Below, piece after piece: positions 1 to 11,815 of a stretch of 64,000 bases of DNA (position 1 is the stretch's first letter; the number at the start of each line of letters is the position of its first letter). The position numbers and the translations under genes are program-made. A model generated the notes under the pieces. It had not been told where the DNA came from and did not search any database. It saw only the letters and a program-made list of their open reading frames with translations. Source of the stretch: the human T2T-CHM13v2.0 reference genome, Homo sapiens; assembly GCF_009914755.1 (NCBI RefSeq), contig NC_060934.1; one strand, written 5' to 3'.

Positions 1-121
1 AGGGTGGAGGTCTGGACAGGAAGGAGAACAGGTGAAAGACCACTCCCAGTGGCTGGCGGCACCCAAACCGCATTCTTCATGTTCGTTTTAGAAGAGGCAA
101 CTGTCACCCTGCAACCTTCTA

Positions 122-575
122 TTGTGGATTAAATTTGTGTCCCCTCAAAAGATAGGTGGAAGTCCTGGCCTCCATGACCTGTGAATGTGACCTTATTTGG
201 AAACAGGATCTTTGCAGATGTAGTTAACATGTAAGCTAATATGAGGTCCTATTGGAGTAGGGTGGACCCTTAATCTAAGGTGATTCATGTCCTTATGAGA
301 AGAGACCCAGGCAGAGATGAGAAGGCCATGTGGAGGCACAGACACAGAGGGAAGAGGAGGGAGGATGGAGGCAGAGGTTGGAGTGATGCTGCCACAAGCC
401 AAGGAGTGCTGGCTGGTACCACCAGACACTGAGAGAGAAGGAAGGAGCCTCCCTTCAATGCCTTCAGAGGGTGCGTGGCTCTGCAGAAATCTTGATTTCA
501 AACTTTTAGTCTCCAGACTGTGAGAGAATAGATTCTGTTGTTTTCAACCCAGCCTGTAGGCATCTGTACACGGGA
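122..575 (+). mobile_element. MaLR LTR, MLT1C/MLT1B-like
   Basis: Typical MLT1 motifs: gaatgtgaccttatttggaaacaggatctttgcagatg, gatggaggcagaggttggagtgatgctgccacaagccaagga, ctccagactgtgagagaata. Ends approximate. Confidence 0.8.
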
Positions 576-586
576 ATCTTCCCCAC

Positions 587-874
587 TTTTTTTTTTTTTT
601 TTTTTTTTTTGAGACAGAGTCTGGCTGGAGTGCAGTAGTGTGATCTTGGCTCACTGCAACCTCCACCTTCCGGGTTCAAGTGATTCTTCTGCCTCAGCCT
701 CCTGAGTAGCTGGGACTACAGGGGTTCGCCATCATGCCCGGCTAATGTTTGTATTTTTAGTAGAGATGGGGTTTCACCATATTGGCCAGGCTGGTCTTGA
801 ACTCCTGACCTGGTGATCCACCCACCTTGGCCTCCCAAAGTGCTAGGATTACAGGCGTGAGCCACCGCGCCTGG
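587..874 (-). mobile_element. Alu (AluS-type), near full length
   Basis: Poly-T followed by antisense Alu (gagacagagtct...cctcccaaagtgctaggattacaggcgtgagccaccgcgcc). Small internal deletion after gagtct; no TSD seen. Confidence 0.95.
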
Positions 875-2492
875 GGTGGGAGCAGACACCCATCAGGTGA
901 CAGCGCAGGCTCTGGCTGCTTCCCTTCAGGTTGGAGGGTGGGTTCCTGTCACCCTCATGAGAGACCTTTATCCTTCCTCTGTGCCTGCTGCCTCCCTGGC
1001 TGGCTGTGTACCAACCACAGGGGAGATCTCTCTTCCCAGGCAGATGCCCAAGGTCAGTGGACGCTGATGAGGCTGGGAGCCTGACTCCTGAATTATCTCT
1101 GAGGCACCTTCACTGTACGTGAGGCTGACCAGCTCTGGTCGGGTCACCAGAACTGTGCTGTGCACTCTCTCCCCTGGAGAGATTTGTTTGACCGGAGGGC
1201 CAGGTGACTTGGCAGATAAGCTCCAGGCCTTTCAGCCACCTGCAGAGAGGCCTGTCAGGACAGGCACCCTGGTGGCTGGGCCGGTGGCTGCCCTCCAGGT
1301 AGCAGGTGGTAGCTGGACTCAACTCCTCACCTGTCTTCCCTGTTCCTGATTCAGAAGACCTGCAACCCTGGCAGGCACTCCTTGAAGGGGTCTCCCAGGT
1401 GGTGTGCACATGGAAAACACCAGAACATCGGTGGCTACTTATTTTTAATCTAAAGAAATGACACAATACTTTCTTGTACATTCATAAAATATATTTTATC
1501 AGCCAGAGTCCTGGCAGGAAAGAGGAGGTGCCTGCGGCATTCGGATAGTCCCAGGAGCACTGCATAGAAATTGTGCTGAGCTGACTGTCCTTGTCTTCAG
1601 GTGCATTTTCCACTTATACCCAGACCTATGCCTACGGGAGCTACATCCCTGCCCCACCTCCTCCATTCCCTGTCCCTGTCTCACCTCGGGAGCTTCCCAC
1701 TGGGATTGACAATGTGGAACTATGGTCTGCATTTGGGAAGAGGGAGGAGCAGGAGGGCTTGGCAGTTACCCGCTGGCTCCTCTCCCCACCACAGGTGAGA
1801 CTGCTGGGGTGAGGGCTGATTCGCTCCACCTGAGGCCCCTGTTTCTCCCCAGGCTGCCGGTCTTCCCCAGAGGTTCAGGGGCAGTGACTGACCTAGAGCA
1901 GCCCGAGTCACTGTGACATCCCTGTGGCTCTCCCACCCCTGCCCACACCTTTATAGATAGCAAATTTGTCAAACTCTTATTGAATTATTCTAGTTGTGTG
2001 TGCCACCTGCTTCCTGTGGGGACCTTGCTGCAAAGGAATCCTTTCTTTAGAAGATATGTCAGGTTGCAGGGAAACCATGGGCATAGGCAGCAGCACTCCA
2101 GGGCTATGCAGAGAGGAGCTGGGGTCAGATGGAGAATGCACCCAGGCCAAGGCATCCCCATAGGAGGAGATGGGAAGTAAGCATCCTGGCCTCATAGTCT
2201 TTCCTCGGTCATCTGCCAGGGCTACCCATGGGCTATGCCCAGTAGAAGCCAGAAGGCAAGGGGGCTATTGATACGGTCCATGCTGAACAGGCACTGAACC
2301 AAAGAGAAGAGCTGGGAATATAGGCCTGCAGGGGTTCATTAGTGAGATCTGGCACGTACGTTATTTATTAATTTGGTCATTTATATTTATAATTTATAAT
2401 TAATAAATAAGTGTACATACATTAGGAGAATGTGCTCATTTATTTTTTAACTGATGAGAGCAAAATATCAAACCATTTTGGGAATCACAAAC

Positions 2493-2600
2493 TTGAAAGA
2501 AGACATTTAAAACTTAGATCTTGAGATTTAGTTGACCATTTCTAGCCATTCATAATTGATAATTTGGTGCAGGCATTTGAGGTGTTAGCATCTAGAGATG
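2493..2600 (+). repeat. 108-bp local direct repeat, copy A (copy B at 3539-3646)
   Basis: Ungapped manual alignment with 10 mismatches in 108 bp (~91%). Confidence 0.95.
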
Positions 2601-2744
2601 GATTACTTGAAACCCCTGAGGATGGTATGGGTGCAGTGAGTCACATGAGATGCAAAGCCATCCATGGGAGACCCCTTAGGTTCTGTCAGCAGCATCACCA
2701 CTGAAGAGAGGACATTTACTCTGGAAGGGGAACCTCTAGAGTCA

Positions 2745-3030
2745 TCCTGGTGGGGGAGATTGGTGGCTTGGACCAAGGGGGTGGTGGAATGGTGATAGTG
2801 AGATACGTTTCCATTATTGGTTGAGTTTGAAGGTGAAACCTACAGGGTTTGCTTATAGAGTGAAGTGAGCTGTGAGTGGAAGAGAGGTCAGGAGTGCCAC
2901 TGAAGCTTTTGGCCTGAACGATGGAAAGAATGGGGCTACCAGGGGTGAGAAGAAGGCCGTAGGAGGAGCTGGCTGGGGCGAATGCCAGAGCTCGGTTTGG
3001 GGCAAGTCAGGACATGTTGGACATGCTCAG
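2745..3030 (-). mobile_element. L2 LINE remnant
   Basis: Degenerate L2-like text (ggtggcttggaccaagggggtggtgg...gaagcttttggcctgaacgatggaaagaatgg). Confidence 0.5.
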
Positions 3031-3035
3031 GATGC

Positions 3036-3671
3036 TGTGGCTACAACAAAGCTTCCTTTCCCCATGTTCGTGCCATGGGGCTTTGCTGCTTTTTTCATCA
3101 AGAAGTGGAGTCTAATTCCCCAACCCTTGAGTCTGGCTGGCCTTGCAAATAGCTTTGGCTGATAAAATGCAGGAGTGATGTTGTGTGGCTTCTGAGCTTT
3201 AGTCTCAAAAGACTTTGCAGCTCCTGCTCTCACTGTCTTGAGAAACTGCCCTAAGACCACTATGAGGAAGCCTGGTCTACCCATGGGAGGATCAGAGGCC
3301 ATGTGAAGCAGAGTAAAACTGTCCTGAGTCCCCTAGATCCATCAGCCAACAGCCAAGACCAAGTGCACAGGTGACTGAGGCCATCTTACTTTATCCAACC
3401 TCAGTTGAGCTTCTGGGTGATGGCCTCTACATGAATGACCCCAACAGAAGAACCACTCAGCTGAGTCCAGCTCAAATTACTGACTCATAGGATCATAGCA
3501 AATTGGCTTATTTACTTCATTAAGATTTGGCATGACATTTGAAAGAAGACATTTAAAACTTGGACCCTGAGATTCAGTTGACCCTTTTTAGCCATTGATA
3601 ATTGATAATTTGGTGCAGGCATTTGGGATATTAGCATCTAGAGATGCTAACAGCAGTACTTAACTGATATA
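3036..3671 (+). mobile_element. MaLR LTR, MLT1F/G-like, interrupted by a 108-bp templated copy
   Basis: catcaagaagtggagtctaattccccaacccttgagtctgg; cagaagaaccactcagctgagtccagc. The terminus cagcagtacttaactgatata resumes after 3646. Confidence 0.7.
3539..3646 (+). repeat. 108-bp local direct repeat, copy B
   Basis: ttgaaagaagacatttaaaactt...gcatctagagatg matches 2493-2600. Confidence 0.95.
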
Positions 3672-3729
3672 AAGCAGCACATAACTGATAAAGGTGTCGA
3701 CCTGACATGCAGTACAGATGGTTTTAAAA

Positions 3730-4367
3730 TGTAGGCTTTATTATTATTTTGGTATGGTGAAGCCAAGAGGTCAGAAGGCACCTCTGCCATTGGGAAGACA
3801 GTTTGTTGCTCACAGTTCCCAAGGGAAGGAGGGGGCTCACCAGGCTGCAAGATGTCTTATGGGAAGCACCTAGGGCTGCTCCAGAGGCAGAGGGAGTGAG
3901 GGGAAAACAGACGCAGGGCCCTTTACCGTGGCTTCCATGGGAAGGAATGGGTGAGGCAGGGTGAGCTGGCTTAGAACTGGCCAGGGTGAATAATTTCAGT
4001 GGGCCCTGGTGCACAGGGACTTCCCAGGTTGTCTGGTACCTGGCCCTGAGTTGGGTAGGGCAGGTGAGAGTGGCCCTGGGAGTGACAGCCTGATGGAGGA
4101 GGTGGTCAGGGTATTGAGTCTGGAGTGGTTGTTTGCATATGAAAGCCTGATGGAGGAGGTGGTCGGGGTGTGGACTCTGGAGTGGCTGTTTGCATATGAG
4201 AGCCTGATGGAGGAGGTGGTCGGGGTGTGGACTCTGGAGTGGCTGTTCCTGTAAGAAAGCCCCCAGTAGTTTCCTGTCTCTAGGACCTTGCCAGCCTTGG
4301 AGAGGCTGTCCTTCCGGTGTCAGCAAGGCCCTGGGTATCAAACATCAGAAAGGACATGCTTAATACA
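3730..4367 (-). mobile_element. ERVL-class solo LTR, MER54/MER74-like
   Basis: Minus strand starts TGTATTAAGCATG...GATGTTTGATACCCAGGGCCTTGCTGAC and ends ...AATAATAAAGCCTACA. Family name from recall. Confidence 0.65.
4087..4247. repeat. 57-bp tandem repeat, ~2.8 copies, inside the LTR
   Basis: Unit agcctgatggaggaggtggtcggggtgtggactctggagtggctgtttgcatatgag starts at 4087, 4144 and 4201. Confidence 0.95.
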
Positions 4368-5938
4368 CATATGTCACAGACCCCATAGGCTCTGTGGGTC
4401 TGGAGTTCAGGGGAAAATCCTGGCTGGAGCTATGAGTGGGAACTGTCAGAGCCTGGGCGAGACCACCTAGTGAGTGGAGCGAGGGAGGAGTGGTCTGAGG
4501 CAGAGCCCTGTGGACCTGCAGCCTGCAGGGCTCATGGAGGGGAGGGGGGCCTAGCAAGACACTTTCAAGAAGCATCCAGAAATGGAGGAGGGAACCGGGA
4601 GGGAGTGCTGTCCTGGAGCCAAAGAAGGAAGGCATTTCTGGGATGAAGGAATGATGAACTGTGCTGAGGGCTTTGCATAGGTTCTGGAGAGGAGGATGGA
4701 GAAGTGGGCACTGGGTAAAACACCACGGGGTAGGGTGGAGCCAAGGCTCAAGTGAGGAGTTCAAGAGGGAGCTGCCACCCGCCAACCTACACACCTGATG
4801 CCCCTCCCTCCCTGTGCCCCTCCACGTTCCCTGTGCCTGCTTCATTTGCTTTCCTTTGCATGCACCACAACCTCATGTGCTGCCTCTGCTACTCAGTTAT
4901 CTTGATGTTGTCCATTCCTGTGTCGCAGGCAGGATCCCCGAGGACACTGATTCTGTCTCTTGTGTGTAAACGACACCTGGAGAGCCTAGAGCTGCTCCTG
5001 GCACAGTCAGAGCTCCCCAGCACTGTGTGATGAATGAATGAATAAAAGGGAACTTGGGTGTCACCAGACCTGCATACTTCTCGGGTACAGAGGAGGCAAT
5101 GGCGGCTCTGGGTAGACGGACTCGCCAGGGCATCCCAAGGCTGAGCACCAGGACTGAAGCCCAGTACTCCTGCCTCAGAGCAGGTTCCACTGCACCTCTG
5201 GCCGCTGTTTTACTGTCACCGCTCAAATTCAGCCTCTGGTTGTGATCATGTTTTCTATGTGCCCGGCACATAGTGAGCACTTAATAGTCATTCCATGACT
5301 AGATAAATAAAAAGTGAACCTATAAACACCACATTCAAAAAGGCTTCTATTTTGTGTTAACTGCTAATCCAAAGCGGTGTTTGTTATGTCTACTCCACTA
5401 AAAAAACCCCAAATGTCCACTAATGAATGCACTTAGGTCAGTTTCATCCAGAAAAGTGAGCTACACGAGGGAAAGCTTTTAGCTAACACCTCACAAGACA
5501 GTAACAATTAGTTTTTGCTATCATTTGCAGTTTAATTATGCTGTATCTCTTTGGCAAGAAATGCTTTAGTCTGGGGCAATTTAATGTTTATAAATGTGTT
5601 CTCTGTTGATTGTGGAACAGTGATGTCAGACACACGGCCTGATGCTCTGTGATCCGTCTTCAGCATGTCGGGGGGCCAGGCCCCCAATAATCAGGCTGAA
5701 ATTCACATCTGGAAGTGGCATGGGTGGAAAATTCAAGAGAGGACCTGAAGCCAGCAGCTCCTGGAAGTCTGGAAGAGATTACCTTTGCTAGTGCTTGATA
5801 TAGTTGAAGTCAGGGACAATTTGTAACCATTGGCAAGCAAGACTTCTCAGAAATGCTGAGATTGTTTTAATAATGACTGGCCAGCTCTCTTTGGGGGAGG
5901 CTGTTCCCAAGTACATCTGTGTAGCCAGGCTTGTAAAA

Positions 5939-6230
5939 GTCAGGACAGGCAAGGTGATGCTGAGGTAACAAATGGCCTTGGATTCTCAGTGGGTGAAAAC
6001 AGTGAATGCATCTTTGTTTACCGTTCACGCTTTTCGTGTCATGCAGGCCAGGAGGGGGCTCTTTCCTCTGTTGTCACCCAAGGAATCAGGATGACCAAGG
6101 CTCCGTTGTCCTTGGACGTTGTAGTCTCAACACAAGAGTTCAGGTTTTGCCATGATGCAGGGAGGGAACATGGGGAATCCAACACCAGCTCTAACCATTT
6201 CTGTCTAGCATTGGCTCATGTCATATGTTG
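5939..6230 (-). mobile_element. Old MaLR LTR fragment, MLT1K/L-like
   Basis: gtcaggacaggcaaggtgatgctgaggtaacaaa...tctcagtgg...gtcacccaaggaatcaggatgac resembles the antisense MLT1K/L end. Confidence 0.55.
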
Positions 6231-6379
6231 TTGTGGGAGCAAATCAATAGGATCTGCTCTCCTCTCTGTAGGTGTGAAGGGATTCTGTGGGCTTGCTCTG
6301 TTCTCAGCATTGCTGTGGTCCTGGGCACCTGGGGTGGGCACAGGGTCTTTGCTGAACTTTGCAGCCCGGTATAGTGGAC

Positions 6380-6475
6380 CAAATAGATCAGAACCTCTGA
6401 GGAGGGACCCCACATCTGGAGTCTGAAGAGCTTCCCAGGTGATTCTAATGTGGAGCCAGGTGGAAAACCACTGGG
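6380..6475. mobile_element. MER5A-like hAT-Charlie DNA transposon fragment
   Basis: cttcccaggtgattctaatgtggagccaggtggaaaaccactg is a characteristic MER5 terminus. Confidence 0.6.
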
Positions 6476-6594
6476 CCAGCGGAAGCAGGAGTGACAGGTT
6501 CCCATTCCTCTCCACTCCCATGGTGTCCAAAGCTTGCCGATGCTGGTGCCGATGCTGGTTGCACTCAGGTCTCCAAGGACATTAGTTCACCCTT

Positions 6595-7794
6595 TGTTAC
6601 AGTAGGTAGTCAGGCAGACATGAGCAGGGAAGGAGAGGGCCCCTCAACCAGGAATGTCAGGTGACCATCAGGTGATGGTTAGGTGGTTGTTAACTGTCTC
6701 TCTAAAACAGTAATAGGTCACAGCCAGTGCCAGGGAAAGGCAGTCTCCCAAAAGATAGAAATGCCTGAAACAGGTGATCAGCAGCTTCCCAGTAAGATCT
6801 CAGGAGTTGGGTGAGTGAGCTCAAGCATGCACATTGAGAGGCAAAATGGCAGAGTTTAACTGGCATATGACCTTCTGAGGATATTCTGTAGGAGACTGGC
6901 GAGGGTGGTGAGAGAAATTATAGAAAAAAGATGCAAACCTTCTTGGAAGGCCAGGAGGTTTTGCAAAAGCTTTGAAAGATAATTTGGTGAAGGCAGCCAG
7001 ATTCTCTTATCTGGAGCCTGAAAGCAACGGTTAGGTAACAAGGGGATGTAAGAAAATGATCTAGATAAGTTAGTTTACTTAGGCCTCAGAACCTGGCCTT
7101 TAATCATCCACGCAGGACTGTCCTCTCCAGGGGGTGGGGGTGGTGGTGACCATGTTAATTACCCACCAGTGTGTTGACTCAAAGCCTTTGTCATTAAATC
7201 TGCACTGAATAAATGCCCGCAGCACTGGCTTGTCAGGGCTGTGGCTGCTACAACTCGTTCTATGAGCAGCCCAGTCCCCTAGCCCGCTCTTTCACTGCAT
7301 ACCTGTGTCCGAGCGCATTTTTTCATCCGTTGTTCAGCCAGGGTCTGCGGGTCAGAGCCAGCAACATTCCAACAGTAAAGGGAAGAAGGCCTCAGGTGAG
7401 CATGCTCACAATTCCAGTAAACACCGTGCATGCTCCCCTCCCAAGTGCTAGCAGGCCACTGTGCAGGTAGACAGCTCAACCCAAGGGACGAATCAAGGGA
7501 AAAAGGACACAAGATGCCAGAAGTAGGCCAACGTAGAAAACCCAAAGTCCAAGGTCAAACAGGGCACTTGTCCTCCAAGATGACTGCCTGGCCCTCTTCC
7601 AAGTATATTTTACTTTCTTTTCTTTCCTGCCCTAAAGCTTTTCAACAAATGTTCACTCCTGCTCTAAAGTTTGCCTTGGTCTCTTCTTCTGCCTTATGCC
7701 CCTCAGTGGAATTCTTTCTTCTGAGGACAAGAATTGTTGCTGCAGACCTGTATGGATCTGCCATTGGTAACTCGGATACCCATCATCAATAACA
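6595..7794 (+). mobile_element. ERV1 solo LTR, MER50-like, interrupted by an LTR22
   Basis: TGTTACAGTAGGTAG...AATAACA termini with a perfect 4-bp TSD CCTT (6591-6594, 7795-7798). Confidence 0.85.
6887..7363 (+). mobile_element. ERVK solo LTR, LTR22 family (HERV-K22/HML-5)
   Basis: TGTAGGAGA...CCAGCA, 477 bp, with an internal AATAAA. 6-bp TSD atattc/acattc; host LTR is collinear on both sides. Confidence 0.85.
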
Positions 7795-9557
7795 CCTTGT
7801 TCCATGGCGGGGAGCTGCCCTGCATTTAGGAGGGCTCAGCAGATGCCACCCTGGTGGCCTGGACTGAGCACATTTTTTCTGGCTTTCCCAGAGAGGTGTC
7901 TCTGGGGCAGTGGTGTCACCTTGAGCCCCCTGAGAGTGGCAGGGTGAGTGTCCTTGGGTCCCACTCAAGATCCCCCCACACAAGATCAGCCCCTGGCTTT
8001 CCTCTGTAACAGTGTAAACCCTGAACCAAACGATTGAGTCCTAATCAGCGAGCCAGCCATGGATACCCCTAGCCACCGCAGGCTCGGATACCTTTCAAGG
8101 GAGAGCCTGAGGGCTCCTTACAGACTTGCACTGCTTGGGGCACTCTAGTTTCCTCATAAGGGGTGATCTGGCTGCCTTGCTGAGACAAAGCTTTATTTTT
8201 TTTAAACAAGTTGAGAGTGGGTAACAGCATGGCCTTCCATTTGGAGGAGTGGTAGGGTGTGGGGTGCAGCTACGACGGCCCTGTTCTAGATGGAGGCTCT
8301 TTGGTCTGCGGTCATCTTAGGCTCCTGTCCAGATCTCTCCAGGACTGGGGAGACAGGGGGTCAAGCCAAGATGCTCCAGTTGAAGCCCAGGCCCACCACT
8401 GAGGGCCTTAGGTCCTGGCTTGCAGGGAGCCAGAGAAGTCTCCTTTGACTTAGGCCTTGAAGAACTGTTGTTCTAAAGAACAAAAGGAATGAAAACAAAA
8501 GCAAAAACAAAACCCCTAGGAGAGCAAATAAGAAGCTTTTATAAAAGCTTCCTGAAATGCAAACAGCAAACAGGGGAGGTCGGGTTCTCCCAGGAACTAA
8601 TTAAAGCTTCCTGCTTAAGTGCAAAGTAGCTGGTTTCTGAAGATCTTCCCCTGCGCTTGGCCTGGGGCCTGCCAACCGGCCCCTTCTAAATGGCTTTGTC
8701 TTCCCTTCTTGACTAATTGCTATTTAAGCTAAGTGTTGTCAGATAAATTGTTTCTTATTCAAATAGCCAAATATCTTCCGGGCTTGAGAGACCTGCTCAC
8801 CTTGGGCTGGGAGCAGGCTTCCCTTTAGTTTTCCCATCTCTGCTTGGGCAATTTAGCAACTTCTGGCTGAGAGATGCCAGATTAATTAAAGAGGTGATGC
8901 TAATGCAGCACGGGGCTGAACACTGGAAATCAGGTTTTAATTGAAAAATGAAATGCATCTTCCTAACATCAGAGGTTAGATTTGGAATGCTGATGTTTCA
9001 TTAGCATAGCGTTTGGTGTTTAAGACTAATAAAACATCCAGTGGTGTGGGAGCCTTGGAGAATCAGCGGAAACCGCCAGTGGATCTCCTCTCCACCATGA
9101 GGCCGATGATGGCTGCCTCCTCCTAGCCAGTCTGTGCTGTGCAGCCCTTGGATACAGAGGGAATGCGGCACAGGCTCTGCTCTTGGAATGCAGGAAACAC
9201 TTGCCAGCATGGGTCAATTAAGGCACATCTCTTTATGGGCATCATAAAAATGTGGGCCTCCCAACCAACTGAACAGACCCCCACTCTTGGCCAAGGGGAC
9301 CTCAGAGAAACCTGAAAATCTGAGTTCTTGGCCATGAGGGGAAGAGAGGTCGGAAAAGCCTTATTATACTCCCTCCCTTTTGGAGTCTAGCCACAATGGG
9401 CCAACATTAATGTTAAAATAGACATTATAAGGCTGACAAAACACACTCTTCATGACAATGAGACACCAAATTACTAACAAGATCCAAGGCTGTGCCAGGC
9501 AGGGGTTAAGTCACACACCCCTGTGGGTCACTCTGATGCAGTGTTTTGGTTAAGAGA

Positions 9558-10146
9558 TGTTTGAAATGGTTGTTCCCCAGTGCTGTAAAGAAGTAGCACT
9601 TGAACATAAATTTAATGTACTCAGCAAGGCAATTTTTACTTCCTGCAGAAAGAGTACACTCGCCAGCAGTTTTGCCATGAGAGTACACCGAACAAAGGAG
9701 ACAGGGTCATTTATAACCTGACACGTCCACCCTACTGCTGTGTCTGGTTTCCATTGGCTGGAATGGGAACTCACATTCTGTATTTGTCCCAATTGGCTAG
9801 CAACTTAGAACTTCTAAAAAGAGGCAAAGGCAGAGGAGAACAAAGGAAGGAGGAAGTAACTTGTGGAATGCTGAGAAAGGTAAAAACGCCTTCAAATAAG
9901 GAAGAGGAACAGGCTATGACCTAATGCTTGCTTGGACCAGTGTAAGCATGCCAGGGCAAATATTTAGGCTAAATTGTGGGAGCTAAGAACATAAAGTACA
10001 TTGATTTCTTTATCGTGGCTAGCAGATATTTAAGAATGTTTGCACGGGTCTTTGACTAAATTTTGCTTCTAAGAGAAGTTACTATTTATTCCTAATTAGA
10101 TGGGGAGGACTGTCTTTGAAGAGGAACCTCTACTTTACTTTTTACA
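9558..10146 (-). mobile_element. ERV1 solo LTR, LTR10C-like
   Basis: Minus strand starts TGTAAAAAGTAAAGTAGAGGTTCCTCTTCAAAGAC; 589 bp; 4-bp TSD GAGA (9554-9557, 10147-10150). Confidence 0.9.
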
Positions 10147-10225
10147 GAGAATTCCTTATCTTAACTTAAAACAATCCTCTCTGCAGACTCCAAATTTTTA
10201 GACAAAGCTTTATTTCTTTAACCGG

Positions 10226-10903
<678 letters not shown>

Positions 10904-11008
10904 ACCAGTTGCAGATAAAGAATCTCTGAATCCACCTATAACTGGTAGGCCTCCACTTCAAGATATCCCACCTTTCTGGACTGAACCAATGTATACTTTC
11001 CATGTATT

Positions 11009-11815
11009 TGAAACAGGAGAGTTCCTTTATCCGCCTTGCAGGATGTGCGACAGGGGTGGGCTTGCTCCTTTGGTGGCCCCTGCTGCTCAAACCCATAGGG
11101 GGAGCATGTAGATGGGCAGGTGCAGAGGCCGTGGGGAGCACTTTTGGGCTCCAGCCCCATAGCCTCATTTAGGGGTGGGTGTCTGTGACTCCCAAAGCCC
11201 AAGTGGGCATGTGTTACAGTGTGCTCTTTCAGCTTCGTCCTCTGCAGGACGCTTGTGTTAATCAGCTCAATAGACTCTGTGCCTTATCGTGAGGGCAGGG
11301 GGCCAGTGTCACAGCCTTCTGTATCCTGAGTCCTTGCCCAGTGTATGAGAAGAATCGGATCACACGTGGGCTTGAAGGATGAGTGCAAGATTTTATTGAG
11401 TGGTGGAGGTGGCTCTCAGCTAGATGGATGGGGTGGGAAGGTGGGGATGGAGTGGGAAGGTGGTCTTCCCCTGGAGTCAGGCCACCCTGTGGCTGGACTC
11501 TTCTCTGACTGCCCCCGGCTGAACTCCCCTTGGCATCCAGATGCCCCTCCTCTTCTCTCTTTCTCTGTTGTGTTGTTCTATTGTCGCTGGTCTGCTGGTT
11601 CTGACCTTCAGCCGCTTGTGCGTGTGACCACTAAGGTCTTGGGTTTATATGGGTGCAGAATGGGGGGCTGTGGTGGGCCAAAAGACAACTTTTTGGGTGT
11701 GAAACAGTAATGCCTGTCTTCACTTAGGGCTGCGGGTCTTCAGCCTTGAGGGCGGGGCCTTCGCTGGGGAGCCGCCCTCTTCTACCCAATATTTCCCTGT
11801 CTCCTGTCTGTATCA
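11009..11815 (-). mobile_element. ERV1 solo LTR, LTR1 family
   Basis: Minus strand TGATACAGACAGGAGACAGGGAAATATTGGGTAGAAGAGGGCGG...TTTCA; 807 bp; 4-bp TSD TATT (11005-11008, 11816-11819). Confidence 0.85.

Noticed and set aside
3724-4341. 205-aa ORF with internal repeats
   Set aside because: It lies wholly within an LTR, and its periodicity comes from the 57-bp tandem repeat.
6534-6559. Short tandem microduplications (tgccgatgctgg x2; similar at ~23989, ~59467, ~61602, ~62946)
   Set aside because: Ordinary slippage duplications of 12-21 bp.
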